A DNA stretch of 64,000 nt. Source: Octopus bimaculoides. Lineage: Eukaryota. This document shows positions 26,020-38,476 of this stretch, piece after piece. The first letter of the stretch is position 1, and each line of letters opens with the position of its first letter. Both the position numbers and the translations under genes were made by a program. The notes under the pieces were generated by a model. It was not told the DNA's origin and did not search any database. It saw nothing but the letters and a program-made list of their open reading frames with translations. The DNA is taken from contig NC_068991.1 of the NCBI RefSeq assembly GCF_001194135.2, forward strand, positions 52,613,497 to 52,677,496, in the 5' to 3' direction.

Positions 26020-26604
26020 CGATTTTTTTACTATTGTAAAACCCTTTTTTTTTTAAATGCATTCTGTAAAAACCTGTTTTAATAAAGAAGAGAAGAAAAG
26101 AGTTTTTTTTTATAGTTTCCATTTTCCTGCCAGATTTAGAATGTTTTCTTGTTGCAGCAATTATTGCCAATCATCAGAAGAAACAATGTAATTATATTTT
26201 GAGCTAAATTGGTTTCCTTCAATCTGATTCATCTCCCTCTACAATTCCTACAGCTATAATTATTTTGCATTTTATGTAATATTTTTTCTCTTGAGTTTAT
26301 CAACACATAGGATTATGCAACAGTTAAATGATACAAATATGCAATGGGAAGTTTTATCTAATTGTTTCATATTGTAATAGAATGTAAATTTACCTAATTT
26401 TAGGAATAACAAAGTACAACTTGGAATTCAATTGGTTTTCATTCAGTATATGAAACTCACTCTCTTTCACTTATTCTTAGGTCTCTTGAACAAAGCTGCC
26501 TCTGAAACAAATTAAATTAACTAATGATATTTCTCTAAAGAAACAGAATAATTTTAAGTTTTATGACCAACTCAAATTTACACAGGGTTTTAGCATTTTT
26601 TTTT

Positions 26605-26647
<43 letters not shown>

Positions 26648-27165
26648 CTGTCTCTCTTTCTCTCTCTCTCTCTGTCTCAAAACAGTTGTTAATCTTACAT
26701 TCAGTATTAATGGCATCTATCTCACTTATCCTTTATTTCATTGTTCACAACTCTCAGCACAGTCCCTCTTTTCCCGTTACTTATGCTGCTGCTACAAAAT
26801 CCAAATCTTTTAACACTCTGCTGCAACAGTTAATACCATCACTTGTATCCATGACTAATAAAGACACTCAACTCTCCTCATCGCTTTCTCACTTCCAAAC
26901 TCAGCTTTTACCAAACTGTGACTGTCTTTGCACTCATCAGATTATCCAACACACTACCTAATCAAGAAACCACTCTACACATCCTAATACTGCACAACAT
27001 CCAACCTATGACACTTCAAATCAGCTGGAGTTCTGCCAATTTTATGCCACTTGTCTCTGACTACAAATGTACTTCACCTTTCTTCCATCTGAGATAGCTA
27101 AGCAGGTGACCCCAGACCATTCTCTTTGGCAGGTCTCCCCCATCTCCCTCACACAACTAAAGCCC

Positions 27166-27268
27166 CTGATGTTGTTTTGTTTATGAATCCATAATTTAAT
27201 GGTTCTACAAAGTTCAAATAATGCCAATACAAAATACTGCTTCCAAATCTAGGCCAGTGCTACTATTG

Positions 27269-27313
<45 letters not shown>

Positions 27314-28173
27314 CATACATACATACACACAGCTTTTACTACATCCAACTGGTTGGCCAAAACTCACTAACACTCCCTTGCAGAGCAGGCCAAGCACATA
27401 ACTTACGATACCTAGTATGTGAAAAGCGGTACCCACTAACTGGGTGGCCTTTACATGCCACTACAACTTTTGCAAGGTTTGTTATGAAAAATAGCAAAAT
27501 ATATCTTTGTGTATCACTCAACCTGCAAGTTCATTCACTTCCAAAATTTTCAGAACCCTTACTGACACACTCTTTATCAATTCTGATGTGCTCCAAGGCC
27601 ATCCACATATAACTTCAACACCTGACATCAAACTTCTGCAATTTTCAGCAGCTGAAACTCTCTAAAACATCCTCTCTAGTTGGGGACAATATGTAATTTA
27701 AACCCTTAAAGTCTTGACAAATTGTAAGTCCCCAGTTTCTGATGGTCTTCCATGGTAACTCAATATACTTAGTATAGCTAAAACTGCTCTTACTTCGCAG
27801 AACCAGAATATTTGGTTCAGAAATCACTCTGAAGTGGGCAAGTTTCATCTACTATAGTCTTGGGCCGACCAGAACCATATGAGTGGATTTCATAGACGGA
27901 AACTAAAAGAAGCCCAACATATAGATATGTTTCTTTGTACGTGTGTGCATGTCATTATGTTTGTGTTTTATGCAGCACAACTGTTTGACAACTGATGTTG
28001 TTTTGTTTATGAATCCATAATTTAATGGTTCTACAAAGTTCAAATAATGCCAATACAAAATACTGCTTCCAAATCTAGGCCAGTGCTACTATTGCTCTAT
28101 ATATATATATACATACATACATACACACAGCTTTTACTACATCCAACTGGTTGGCCAAAACTCACTAACACTC
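27166..28173 (+). repeat. Dispersed direct duplication of about 200 bp
   Basis: 27166-27375 and 27992-28173 are identical except for (CT)n/(AT)n lengths. Confidence 0.9.
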
Positions 28174-30611
28174 AACCACTTCTGTTCTAGCTGGTGACAT
28201 AGCACTTCAACCCAGGTCTACTTGATATCCCTGTCTCCGTTCTTTGTATCATTTCTACTGTCTCACCTTGCAGCTATTAAACACCAACCACTTAGGCCCA
28301 ATCTTTCTTTAAATAGTGTGTCAACACTAGAATTGCTTTCCTGCAGTCATGCATCAGTCTTAGTAATTTCACCATCTGAAAGATCCTGCTAAAGTCAGGT
28401 CAGGGCACTTGCTCTTCTGACCAAGCTATAAAAAAAAGCCCAATATTATTGTCAGACTTCTGTAACTGAGCTTCATTACCCACTGTAAGCTTTAAAAAAA
28501 AAAACTCTCTCAGTGACCCACCCTTCAGCCGTCCATTATATAAATAGATATACCTATTGATATCAAGTTGATATCTATACTGCGTGGGTCATGTAAAATA
28601 TACATTATGTAAACTATAAGCTGGTAAAATTCATTCTTTTTTGGAGAATGAAGTTTGCTGATTTTAGGGCCCTATATTAGGGATTCCTTTGAATGTTTAT
28701 TACTTCTTATTCTAAATTACTGAGTTGCATTTTATTGGAATGAATTCAGACATGGAGTTGACTTTTTCGTGGAGTCTAATATGAAAAGAAGCAATTTTTT
28801 ATACAAATCTAATTGAAAAATGTGTTGCACTTAATGTTTATGATATTTTCCTGCTTTAAGTAATATTTTGTTATCAATCCTGTATTGATAATCATTAATT
28901 TAACAGATATTTAGATTAGATTGGTCAGCATCATAATTTCTTTACTCACTTTATCAACACCTATTATCTTGGTATCACATCATCTGTATATTAACAAACA
29001 TCCACCAACAAACATATTAGTTACTGGAAATATCTGTAATCATCATGGCTAAAAACTGTGCAAGTTGCATTATTAGTTATGTTTCTGTGATAGTTTTCTG
29101 CTTTGAATTTTCATCAGTATATTCCTAACATTTTTTAAAAAATTTATACCTAGTTTTATTTCTCAAATAAACTTAGTCTTGTTTCCTATTTTTTCACCAG
29201 TCATTGAATTTTGGCATTTTGTTTTATTTTTAATAAATTTCAAAGGCTTATAATTGATTACGATTTGGTTTTTGTGATAAATTTATAAATTCTGACAACC
29301 TCTATATCATGGAATTCATTTTTTTTTTTTTTCCTTTGCAAATGAACAACTTTCTAAGACCAGCAGTAAACTTACCAGTCATTATTAAAATCTCGTTTGT
29401 TTGATTATTTAACTAAAAAAAAAAAAATATTAAACTTTATGACTGTCTGGTCATTAATTCTATCTATTTCAAACACACCAACTTCTGATTTTGCATTATA
29501 TGTGGTTATTACATCTCTGTTGCTATTATAATACATTATCATCAATCAGTGATGATGAGGACCAGTAGATCTATTGGCTTATACAAATAAAATTGTTGAT
29601 CTTCCATTATAAACCCATTCACATCTAGGATGTTTTATAGGAATTTAATAATAAGGAAGACCAAACTAGATTTAAACAAAGCAGAAAATAACTTCAAGAT
29701 TCATCCAATATGTTTAGGACATCAAGAAATAAGTGTCTTGAAAATATATTTCCTTAATCTCTGCATCAGAAAACAGTGTGTTGATAAATGGACTGCTGTA
29801 GAATCACAAGGGACATTATCAATGTCAAAGATCTTGAAAATAAACAGAATGAATAGTTTTAAAATTTGAAAGATGTAACTTTTGTTTATTATTTGAAATT
29901 GTTCGGAGGGTTTTTATTCTCCACATTTTTCTTTATTACAGTTCTTTAATTGGTTTGGACTGTTGTGATTGTGTGCAATTACATATGAATATTTCTCAGA
30001 GAATTAATAGAAAAAAAAAAAGAAAACTTGAAGGCCTCAAATTCTTGGAAGATATTACCTTTAAAAACATCAATAAAAAAAGTATGTCTATACACAAAAT
30101 CAATGTTGAAACATGAATGCAACTGTAATTCCTCTGGCAAAACAATAATTATAATTCCTACAATCAATCTAGCTGATATTAAACATACAAACATAGCTTT
30201 GTAGTAAGAAGTTTGCTTCCCAACCACATGATTCTGGGTTGAGTCCCACTGTGTGGCATCTTGCGCAAGTGTCTTCTATAGCTTCCAGCTGACCAAAGCC
30301 TTGAAAGTGGATTTGGTAGATAGAAAATGGAAGAAAACCATCATATATGTGTGTGTGTGTTTGTCTCCCATGACTGCTTGACAACTAATGTCAGTATGTT
30401 TACATCCCTATAACTTGGTAGTGGGTCAAAAGTGTCCAATAGAATAAGTACTAGGGTTGATGTGTTCATCTAAAATTCTTTAAGGCAGTTCTCTAGCATG
30501 GCTGCAGTCTAATGACTGAATCAAGTAAAATATAAAAGATACATGATAAACGACCAGAAGTTGAATGGATTACATGTGCTGGTAATTATTTACAAAAAAA
30601 TGCCATGTAAA

Positions 30612-30727
30612 CTGTGTCTAGCAGGAAACGGATTATAATGCACTTTAGGAATTTACCACATAATACCTACTACAGCTCTTTTTAATATGTGTGGAAACAT
30701 TTGCTGGTTCCTTCTGTTTGCTACACA
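30612..30727 (-). ncRNA. Candidate intronic box H/ACA snoRNA
   Basis: Hairpin, H box AUAUUA (30688-30683), hairpin (lower stem UAGUAG/CUGCUA), ACA (30617-30615); pocket strands AUGUGG(UA) and CCGUUUC complement the conserved 18S segment GAAACGGCUACCACAU. Confidence 0.55.
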
Positions 30728-31789
30728 AATGTATCTAATTTTTAAAATTTTGAGACAACTCTGTAAAGCTGAAATCAACATTTGTAGTGAATAAAACCTT
30801 TGTTTACTTCAAAATATAATTTCATTTAACATCTTTCATCATTTATCTTTTATTTGTTTGAGTCATTAGACTGTGGCCATGCTGGGGCACTGCCTCAAGG
30901 AATTTTTAGTCAAATGAATCTACTCCAATACTATTTTTTTTTTTTAAAGCCTAGTACTTATTCTATCAGTCTTTTTTGCCAAGCCGCTAAGTTACAGGGA
31001 TGTGCACAGACCGGCACTAGTTGTCAAATGCTGATGATGAACAAACACATATATACAAATATAATGGACTTTTTTAGTTTCCATCTCCCAAATCCACTCA
31101 CAAGTCTTTAGTCAACCTGTGGTTTTAGAAGACACTTGCCCAAGGTGCCATGCATTGGGACTGAACCTGAAACAATGTGGTTTTGGGAAGCAAACTTCTA
31201 ACCACACAGCCACCCTTTAAAGATAATTACTACTAGCTATGACATTTACATTCCATATTTAATTTAATTAAAGTTTCTCAATTGTCTCTCCAGGAGTTTT
31301 TTTTGGTTTTTTTTTTGTCTAGATTAGTCAATTAAAAAATGGCTATTCTCATCCCTAAGGGTGTCATTTTAATCAAAGTTTCTCAGTTTACAATATGTTA
31401 AGGCAACTTGAAATTTTCAGTTGCAGCTAAATAATGTTTAATGTCTTCCATGATTTCAAGGAATATTAAAGCACCCATTACACTCTTGGAGTGGTTGGCA
31501 TTAGGAAGAGCAACCAGCCATAGAAAATTATGCCAAGTCAGACTGGAGTCTGGTGCAGCTTTCCAGTGTGCTGGCATGGACAACAGATGTTAAATGATGA
31601 TAATGATGATGATTAATGAGCTATTTCTGGTGGCATCATTAAAGAATTTTATTAACATTTGTTAACCAGAGAATTTGTAGTATTATGTTGCATTAATCAT
31701 TGCTTTTAGAAAAGATGCATTGCTTGTAGAACTAATTATTCAGTTATAGAATAAGAATTATAAAAAAATAGTACAGTCCTACCTGCACT

Positions 31790-32150
31790 CTTATACACAA
31801 GTGAGACAGGCTACTATGAATAGGATAGAACATCGATTGACTATGACATTAAGGGACAAGAAAAGATTCATGCTAGGATTAAGATTATGAGAGTACATTC
31901 AAAATGAGATAATTTAAGAATGGAGCGGTGACTAATGTGATCACAGACAATAGGTGGACCTGCATAGTTGCCAAGTGGTATGCAGAGATTGGAAAAGACC
32001 ACTTGGTAGCCTCCCACCCCACCCCCAAAAATGGGAAGGCAGATTTAGTTAAGCAATTTGGGTCAAGATGGAAAAGTATGGTGCAATCAAGACAGAATTG
32101 GAAGCGACTAGTTATGTATAACAGCATCTGCTGGTCTGGTGATAATAAAA
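31790..32150 (+). mobile_element. RTE LINE 3' remnant
   Basis: MLGLRL..IQNEI, DNRWT..KWY, DWKRPLG and DLVKQFGSRWKSMVQSRQNWK motifs across frameshifts. Confidence 0.7.
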
Positions 32151-32567
32151 ATTAGAATATTTAGTTATATAATTATGCATTAGGATTGGCACCCAGCTAT
32201 AAAAACCATGACAAAGCTTACCAGATTCCATCAAACTAGCTAAGCTATGTCAGCATGGAAAACAGGTGCCAAATGATGCTTATTATGATAAATGTTCAAA
32301 TCAATATTATCTTTCCGTAATGCTGGTTTTTATTTCTCTCATAGCTAACAATGTTGTTCCTCAATTATGCTAAAATAGCATATTCTGAACATTCTAGGCC
32401 AGGTAAAATTTTGTCCACATTCAAATTTGAAACTTGTAGCAGGAATATGGGCCAAATCCCAGACACCAACTCATTACCTCAGTCTGAATCCTGTGTTCAG
32501 ATGTGAAAATGAAAATAAACAACAATACAGGATTCTGTCATGGATTAATGATAACAGCAAACAACTA

Positions 32568-32664
32568 CCTATTCAGGTCTCTCTGGTAGACACATTAAGA
32601 AATCTTTTTCATCAGGAGATAGCTGATCAGCAAAAGCAATAGAACAAACGTGTTCAACATTAGA
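32568..32664 (-). ncRNA. Candidate intronic box C/D snoRNA (orphan)
   Basis: AUGUUGA (imperfect C), CUGA (D'), UGAUGA (C'), CUGA (D) over 88 nt; short terminal stem; D box 82 nt upstream of the acceptor at 32491. Confidence 0.35.
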
Positions 32665-33011
32665 TTCAAATTGTGATAAAACTACATATGGGATTGTCAT
32701 TAACAGCTTTTCTTTGACACCTTTGGTTATATGTAGTTGGTGTGCCCAGAGACTAGTTAGTGGCTGTATCACAGCCAAGGTCAATGGCTACAGGAACTTA
32801 CACTACTCAACTTTGGCAACAGAATTTGATGATGATACAGTCGGCCATCATTGCTATCACACACATCACTCATGGACATACAGGAACTGACTCATTTGGT
32901 ATATTTCTTCTCTGCCCTGCACTGCAAGCAAAAAACGTTTTTGTGTTAACAATAATAAGTATTTGGAACTTCTCACAGACTTTTGGTCTTGTGTCAAAAA
33001 TCAAAATATCT

Positions 33012-33109
33012 CTTCATTTCAGTGTAATAGAAATTATTCTAAACACCCATAAGATATGAACAATTTCCTGTTAACTATAATTCTTATTTCATAACTTTAA
33101 TCATAGAAG
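33012..33109 (-). ncRNA. Weak candidate box C/D snoRNA
   Basis: C-like AUGAUUA (33104-33098) and D CUGA (33022-33019), 86 nt, CUUC/GAAG terminal stem, 97 nt from the 3' splice site; no clear D'/C'. Confidence 0.25.
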
Positions 33110-34551
33110 TTAGAATAGGTAAAGATTGATGATGTAATGGTTACATTCTTATTAGAATTAACTTAAGATGTATGTTTCTCTCATAAAACCATATTTTCAA
33201 ATATTGGCTCTCATATATATAACTCATGACATCATACACTCTCATGTTACGTCTAATTTCTCTTTGTGTCCTTTATTCATCTCATAGTACTTATTTGCTC
33301 AATAAATAAATTTAGAATAATTGCAAGTGCTCAAAGATTGTGTTAGAACTTATAAAGTACTATAACAATCTCTTGTAATAATGCTTATTTTTAAAAACCC
33401 ACTGTGTACAACAATCAAATTTTTTGAAAGGAAATGAAACATCTTTATACTTGTTATAAGTAAATTAAATTCACTTTTCTATTTCTTCAAAAACACCCAA
33501 CAAATATGAAAGGATACTGGAATCAACATATTTTGACTGACACTGGATTAGACATATAATTTGGAGAAATGTTTTTATTGATATGTCAGTGGAAAGTAAT
33601 GTCATGAAGGGTATGAGAAAGAGAAAGGACAAAAAGTTATTTCAATGCTAAAAATGCCTATCTTGCAGTCAAATCAGTTTTAGTAATTGAAATCTTGAAT
33701 AATAAAAGAAACTTCAAAATCACATTTTGATTAAAAAAATCTATTAAAATTAGAATTTTTAAGAATTTTCTAGACAGTGTAGACTTTAATAATTACTTTC
33801 TTTTAGTAAAAGTTACTTACTACAATCTAATTAACAAACAGCTTTCTTTATTATATAGTATAGATTGATACTATAAAGAGCACAAAAGCAACTTCATCTG
33901 CAGTGACTAGCATGAATAAAGGAGCAAAAAGATGTAATCAATGAAATTTGTGATTCAATGCAAAATGGAAAGATAGTTATTTTTTGATTGAATGGAAAAT
34001 GTGTTTTACCTTCTCACCAGTTGCAGTTTATAAAAATGTACAAATCTGAAGACCAATATGAAATATAATAAAAGAAATGAAAAATCAAAATAAATAAATA
34101 AATGACTCAGAAGCTAACCATTTTAAGATAATCTTTTATACAAACAGTAAACTATTTAAAAACAAACAAATATGAATAAAAGCCTTGGGTAAAATACACG
34201 GAAGTTAAGATGTATGAGAATCAATTGCACAGAAAGTAAAAGCACAAAACAAAGACAAGATTGTTAAATAAGTTATAGTTGCTGTTGCATGAATTTTAAC
34301 TCAGTAGAAAGTTATTATTGTTTGAGAGTTTTAATTCACTATGCAGAACAGTTTCTAAACAGAATAAAGAAAACGCCACTTGCTGTAAATATAATAGAAG
34401 TGGACATATTTTCTGTATGTAAGATAACAGCAAACTTTACAATACATAAAGAGTTACTCACTTTGAAATCAGTGTATGAATACATGGTGTGAAGATTGTT
34501 TTTTGTTGGTTCTTTATCTGAGGTCAAATAAGCCATAAGAGATTCATTGCA

Positions 34552-34588
<37 letters not shown>

Positions 34589-34679
34589 TACAGAAAGAGT
34601 ATCATCCATGGTAGAATCTCAAAAAGTATTTGTTGCTTTAAAACAAGAAAGAATTGTAGAACGATCAACTGACTCTCTC

Positions 34680-35366
34680 TTTCTCTCTCACTTTCCCACC
34701 TCCCTGTTTCCTTGTCCTATTGGGGTAACCAAGTATCTTCTCTGTAGTAAGACAGCTATCCTTGACTTGCTATCATACTTCAACCTCATGCCTGGCACAG
34801 AGTTACTTCTCTCAGTTCCTCTCCTTCTCTCAGTTGAGACATCCTTGTCATGCAAGCCACTCGATGACCCTGCAAGTACCGGTGTCACGTAGAAAGCCAC
34901 ATATAAGGTACCTATGTTAGTGCCACATATAAGGCACCTATGCCAGTGCCATGTAAAATGCACCTGTGCCAACGCCATGTAATATGCAGCTGTGTTGGCA
35001 CCATGTAAAATGCACCCATGCCAGCACCATGCAAAATTTACCCATGTTGGTGCCACATAAATTGCACCCATGCTAGCATCATGTAAAATGCACCTGTGCC
35101 AGTGCCCATGCCAGCACCATGTAAAGAGCACCTGCACAGGCACCACATAAAAAGCACCCATTCCAGTGTCACATAAAAGCTCTCATGCTGGTGCCACAAA
35201 AGCACTCATGCTGGTGCCATGCAAAAAGCACACATGCTGGCACCATATAAAGTACACTCCGTAAAGTGGTTGGCATTAGGAAGGGCATCCAGCTGTAGAA
35301 ATCATACCAAAACAGATGACTGGGGCTTGGTGCAGCCCTCCAGCTTGCCAGTTCTGTCAAACCATA
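34680..35366 (+). mobile_element. Same SINE/RTE-related family with an expanded ~25-bp array
   Basis: Repeated TAAAAGCACC...GGTGCCAC units at about 34880-35260, then GGTTGGCATTAGGAAGGGCATCCAGC. Confidence 0.85.
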
Positions 35367-35369
35367 AAT

Positions 35370-36120
35370 TTTTGAAGGACATCAAAGTGTTACATAATGA
35401 ATTATTGTAACAAATCTGTGCTTCACTGGTTCAACATATGGCATAAGCTCACAAATTTCTATCTGCTGAAATATGTAGTGAGACTCTTCTTGGATGTCAA
35501 AGACCTTCTCATCTTGAAATTTGAGAACGAAGTTCTTTATGTAATTTGATATTTTTTGCTTGATATCACTAACATAAACAATCTAATTTTGAAATTACAA
35601 GGACCAAATAATTTTCTTATCACACTCCTTGCCACTATCAGGAGCTTTGAATCAATATTGCAATTGTTTATCAGACAACTAGAAAAACAAAATAATTCAT
35701 TATACACTTTTCTACCACTAAAAGAACAGAAATCTGAAGCAATAGTAGAGGCTACTCCTGCATTGTGTTTTAACCTTTAGAATCAATTCCAAAAGTGGCT
35801 TCAAGAATTACAATGTCATGAATTAAAACTATGAATATTTGAAATTCCTGTCAATGAGATAAGGCCAGATGAAGATCCTAATTTCTGCAACTTGAGTAAA
35901 TTCATTTTACAAATGTATGATGCCTTGGCACTCAAATTTGATAGTTTTATCTAATTTGGAATTCTCTATCACTTACCAATGCAAACAAATTTTCCTGTAT
36001 TAAACTTAGCCAAGAACCACTTCCCTGTGACACTTACAAATAAAAATCTTCCAAATCAATAAAGAATTGTCAGTACCATCTAACAGAGTTTTCTAAAGTA
36101 AAGCAGAATTTACTCATTAA
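35370..36120 (+). mobile_element. hAT (SPIN/Charlie, GTF2IRD2-like) transposase remnant
   Basis: FLLDITNINNLILKLQG...IRSFESILQLFIRQL, plus a degenerate dimerisation motif FG..Y...Q.F..LNL.K...LTNKNL. Confidence 0.75.
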
Positions 36121-36567
36121 CATGTCAAGTAAGAATTTAATTAATAATTAAAATATTATACTGTATCCTATTATAAATAAATATTATTTTATATACCAAT
36201 GAAGTCAGCTGTTGTGGCTTTCCATATAGATCAGTGCACTATTTCCTGCAGAAGATAGGTCTGGAATCCAGGCAACTGAAGGAAACAGGCATAGCGGCTG
36301 AAACTAGCTCAAGATGGCTATTGTTGATAAGAAACCACAAGTGGAACCCTACTCAGGTGAAGCATACAGACTAAGGATTGAAACACTTAAGACCCTGAGA
36401 TATCTGCTGATGATATGGAAGGATTTCCAGTATTGCAATGGACTTAAAAGAGCTTGCAAAACCCCTGAGTAGTTGCTGCAATTTCTGTGTGGGTCAAAGC
36501 ATCTCTGATGTTTATTTCACCTATGACATCTTAGGTATTTTAATATTTCCATAACATCGCATAACTA

Positions 36568-37670
36568 CAAGGGTAGGCTCGAAAGTTCCTAGGCTGACTA
36601 TGAAGGAGTGATGCTAGAGTTGTGAAATCTTGCATGCGTTACTTTCAATGCTTCTTATTAATACATTCATTGTTTCTTTCCCAGTAAACTGTCAGCTGAC
36701 TGTTTAAAGATGACTTTAAAAGTAACTAGTAGTGACTTCTCTTGAAAGCAGACAAAACTTAGCATTGTGGTGTTATCAAGTACCTGCAGAAAAAGGGTTT
36801 AGCCCCAAAGGACATTGATGCTGACATGGTTGCTATGTTAGGAAATGATGCTCCAGCTTTATCAAAAGTGCAAAAGTGGGAAGCTGAATTTAGGACAGGA
36901 AGGAGAGTCTTGAAGAGGACCCAGTGTCTGGAAATTCTGCAACTGCCACCACCAAGGAAAACATTGATAATTTTTCACCATATGCTGATGGATGACAAGC
37001 AACTGTCATAAATCAAATAGCCAATGCTACTAGCATATCCCATGAGAACGTTGAGAATATTCTGTCCAATGAATGAAGGTTCTGCTCAGTGGGTGTCATG
37101 TCTTCTGACACCTGATCAAAAGTGCACCAGGCTGATGATATCACAGGAAAATCTAACATTGTTTGAGGCATATTCAGCTGGCTTCCTTGAGCATTTCCTA
37201 ACCCAGGATGAGTATTGGGTTGATCACTTTGAGCCAGAGACAAAGAGACATTCCATGCAATGGAAACACCCCTCCTCACCAGCTCCAAATAAAGCTAAGG
37301 CCATTTTATCTGCAGGGAAGGTGATGGCCTTAGTTTTTTGGGATGCAAAAGGCATTGTGCTTATCAACTATCTTCAAAAGGACCACACCATCAATGGAGA
37401 GTACTATACCAATTAGCTAAGGTAATTATGAAAGACTATCAAGACTAAACACCCAGGAAACTGATGATGGTAGTGCTGTTTCATCAGGACAATGCTTCAG
37501 CTCATAAGTCCTTGGTTTCAATGGCTACTGTGTATGACTGGCTTTGAACTGGTTGATCACCCACCATATTCTCCTGATGTGACTCCATCTGACTATCATC
37601 TATTCCCTTACATGAAAATTAAAATTGGCTGGGAACCAGTATCGCAGTGATGATGACATCATATCTGCTA
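36568..37670 (+). mobile_element. Mariner transposase remnant, 3' end interrupted by a SINE
   Basis: TA-CAAGGG...AAAGTTCC left end; QWVSCLLT, QDEYW, KVMALVFWDAKG, HQDNA and HPPYSPDVTPSDYHLF motifs. Confidence 0.9.
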
Positions 37671-38476
37671 TTTGGTAGATGGACTTTGTTGTACATGCGC
37701 ACTGATGTTGAACATCCAACAGAGCATACTACCTTCTTTCAGTTTCCATCTACCAAAACCACTCCCAAGGCTTTGGTAGAAGACACTTGCCTAAGGTGCC
37801 ACGCAGTGGGACTGAACCCAGAACCATGTGGTTGAGAAGTAAGATTCTTACCACACAGCCATGCAAGCAAATGACTTTAAATGCATTAAAATCTTTATAA
37901 CAAGATTTTAATGTAAGACAAGATAAGGTAAATTTGCCATTTCACTTCTTCAGAAAACAGGCTCATACAGAAATGCAAAAAAAAAATTAAATAACTGTGT
38001 CAAATGAAAAAGGTTTAGGGGAAAATGGCACAATATAAAATTAACCAAACTTGACTAAATAAAAAAAAAAAACTCAGCATAAAAAATTATCTATAGTTTC
38101 ATCACGATCTGCTGGAGAGTCTCTTTTTGTGATATATCAAAAAGAAGAAATAATTGAAATTAGTCATTACTCATTTTACCCCGTTTTAGACATCTTTTTT
38201 TGAAATTTGAAAATTATCAAATTATATATTAGTATGGCAAAAATTGACTTGGAATCCAACAGAGAAAAGGATATTAATTGTTAAACACCAAATATTATTC
38301 AAATATTTTATTAGCAATTTCAATGATATTGGGTCAAAGTTGAGGAAAAATTTCTTAAAAAGAAAGTACCTGTCACCTGACAAATTTTCAGACTCTCTAA
38401 ACTTTAACGACTATGCTTACCAGTTTTTATCCCTAAAAATGATGCTGCAATACTTGCAATGTAATGATTTCGGTAA

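Noticed and set aside
28925-29046. ATGATGA...CTGA on the minus strand as a C/D snoRNA; also a possible exon at 28950-28983
   Set aside because: 122 nt, no terminal stem and no recognisable guide; the exon acceptor is only moderate
29775-29830. Hairpin followed by ACA on the minus strand
   Set aside because: No H box or upstream hairpin, and no matching rRNA target recalled
32569-33059. ORFs 32569-32784 (-) and 32760-33059 (+) as protein-coding
   Set aside because: No recognisable domain; they cross the predicted splice sites of the minus transcript
37969-37994. Extra 26-nt minus-strand exon
   Set aside because: The exon body is a U-run and the donor (gtatga) is weaker; not distinguishable from chance
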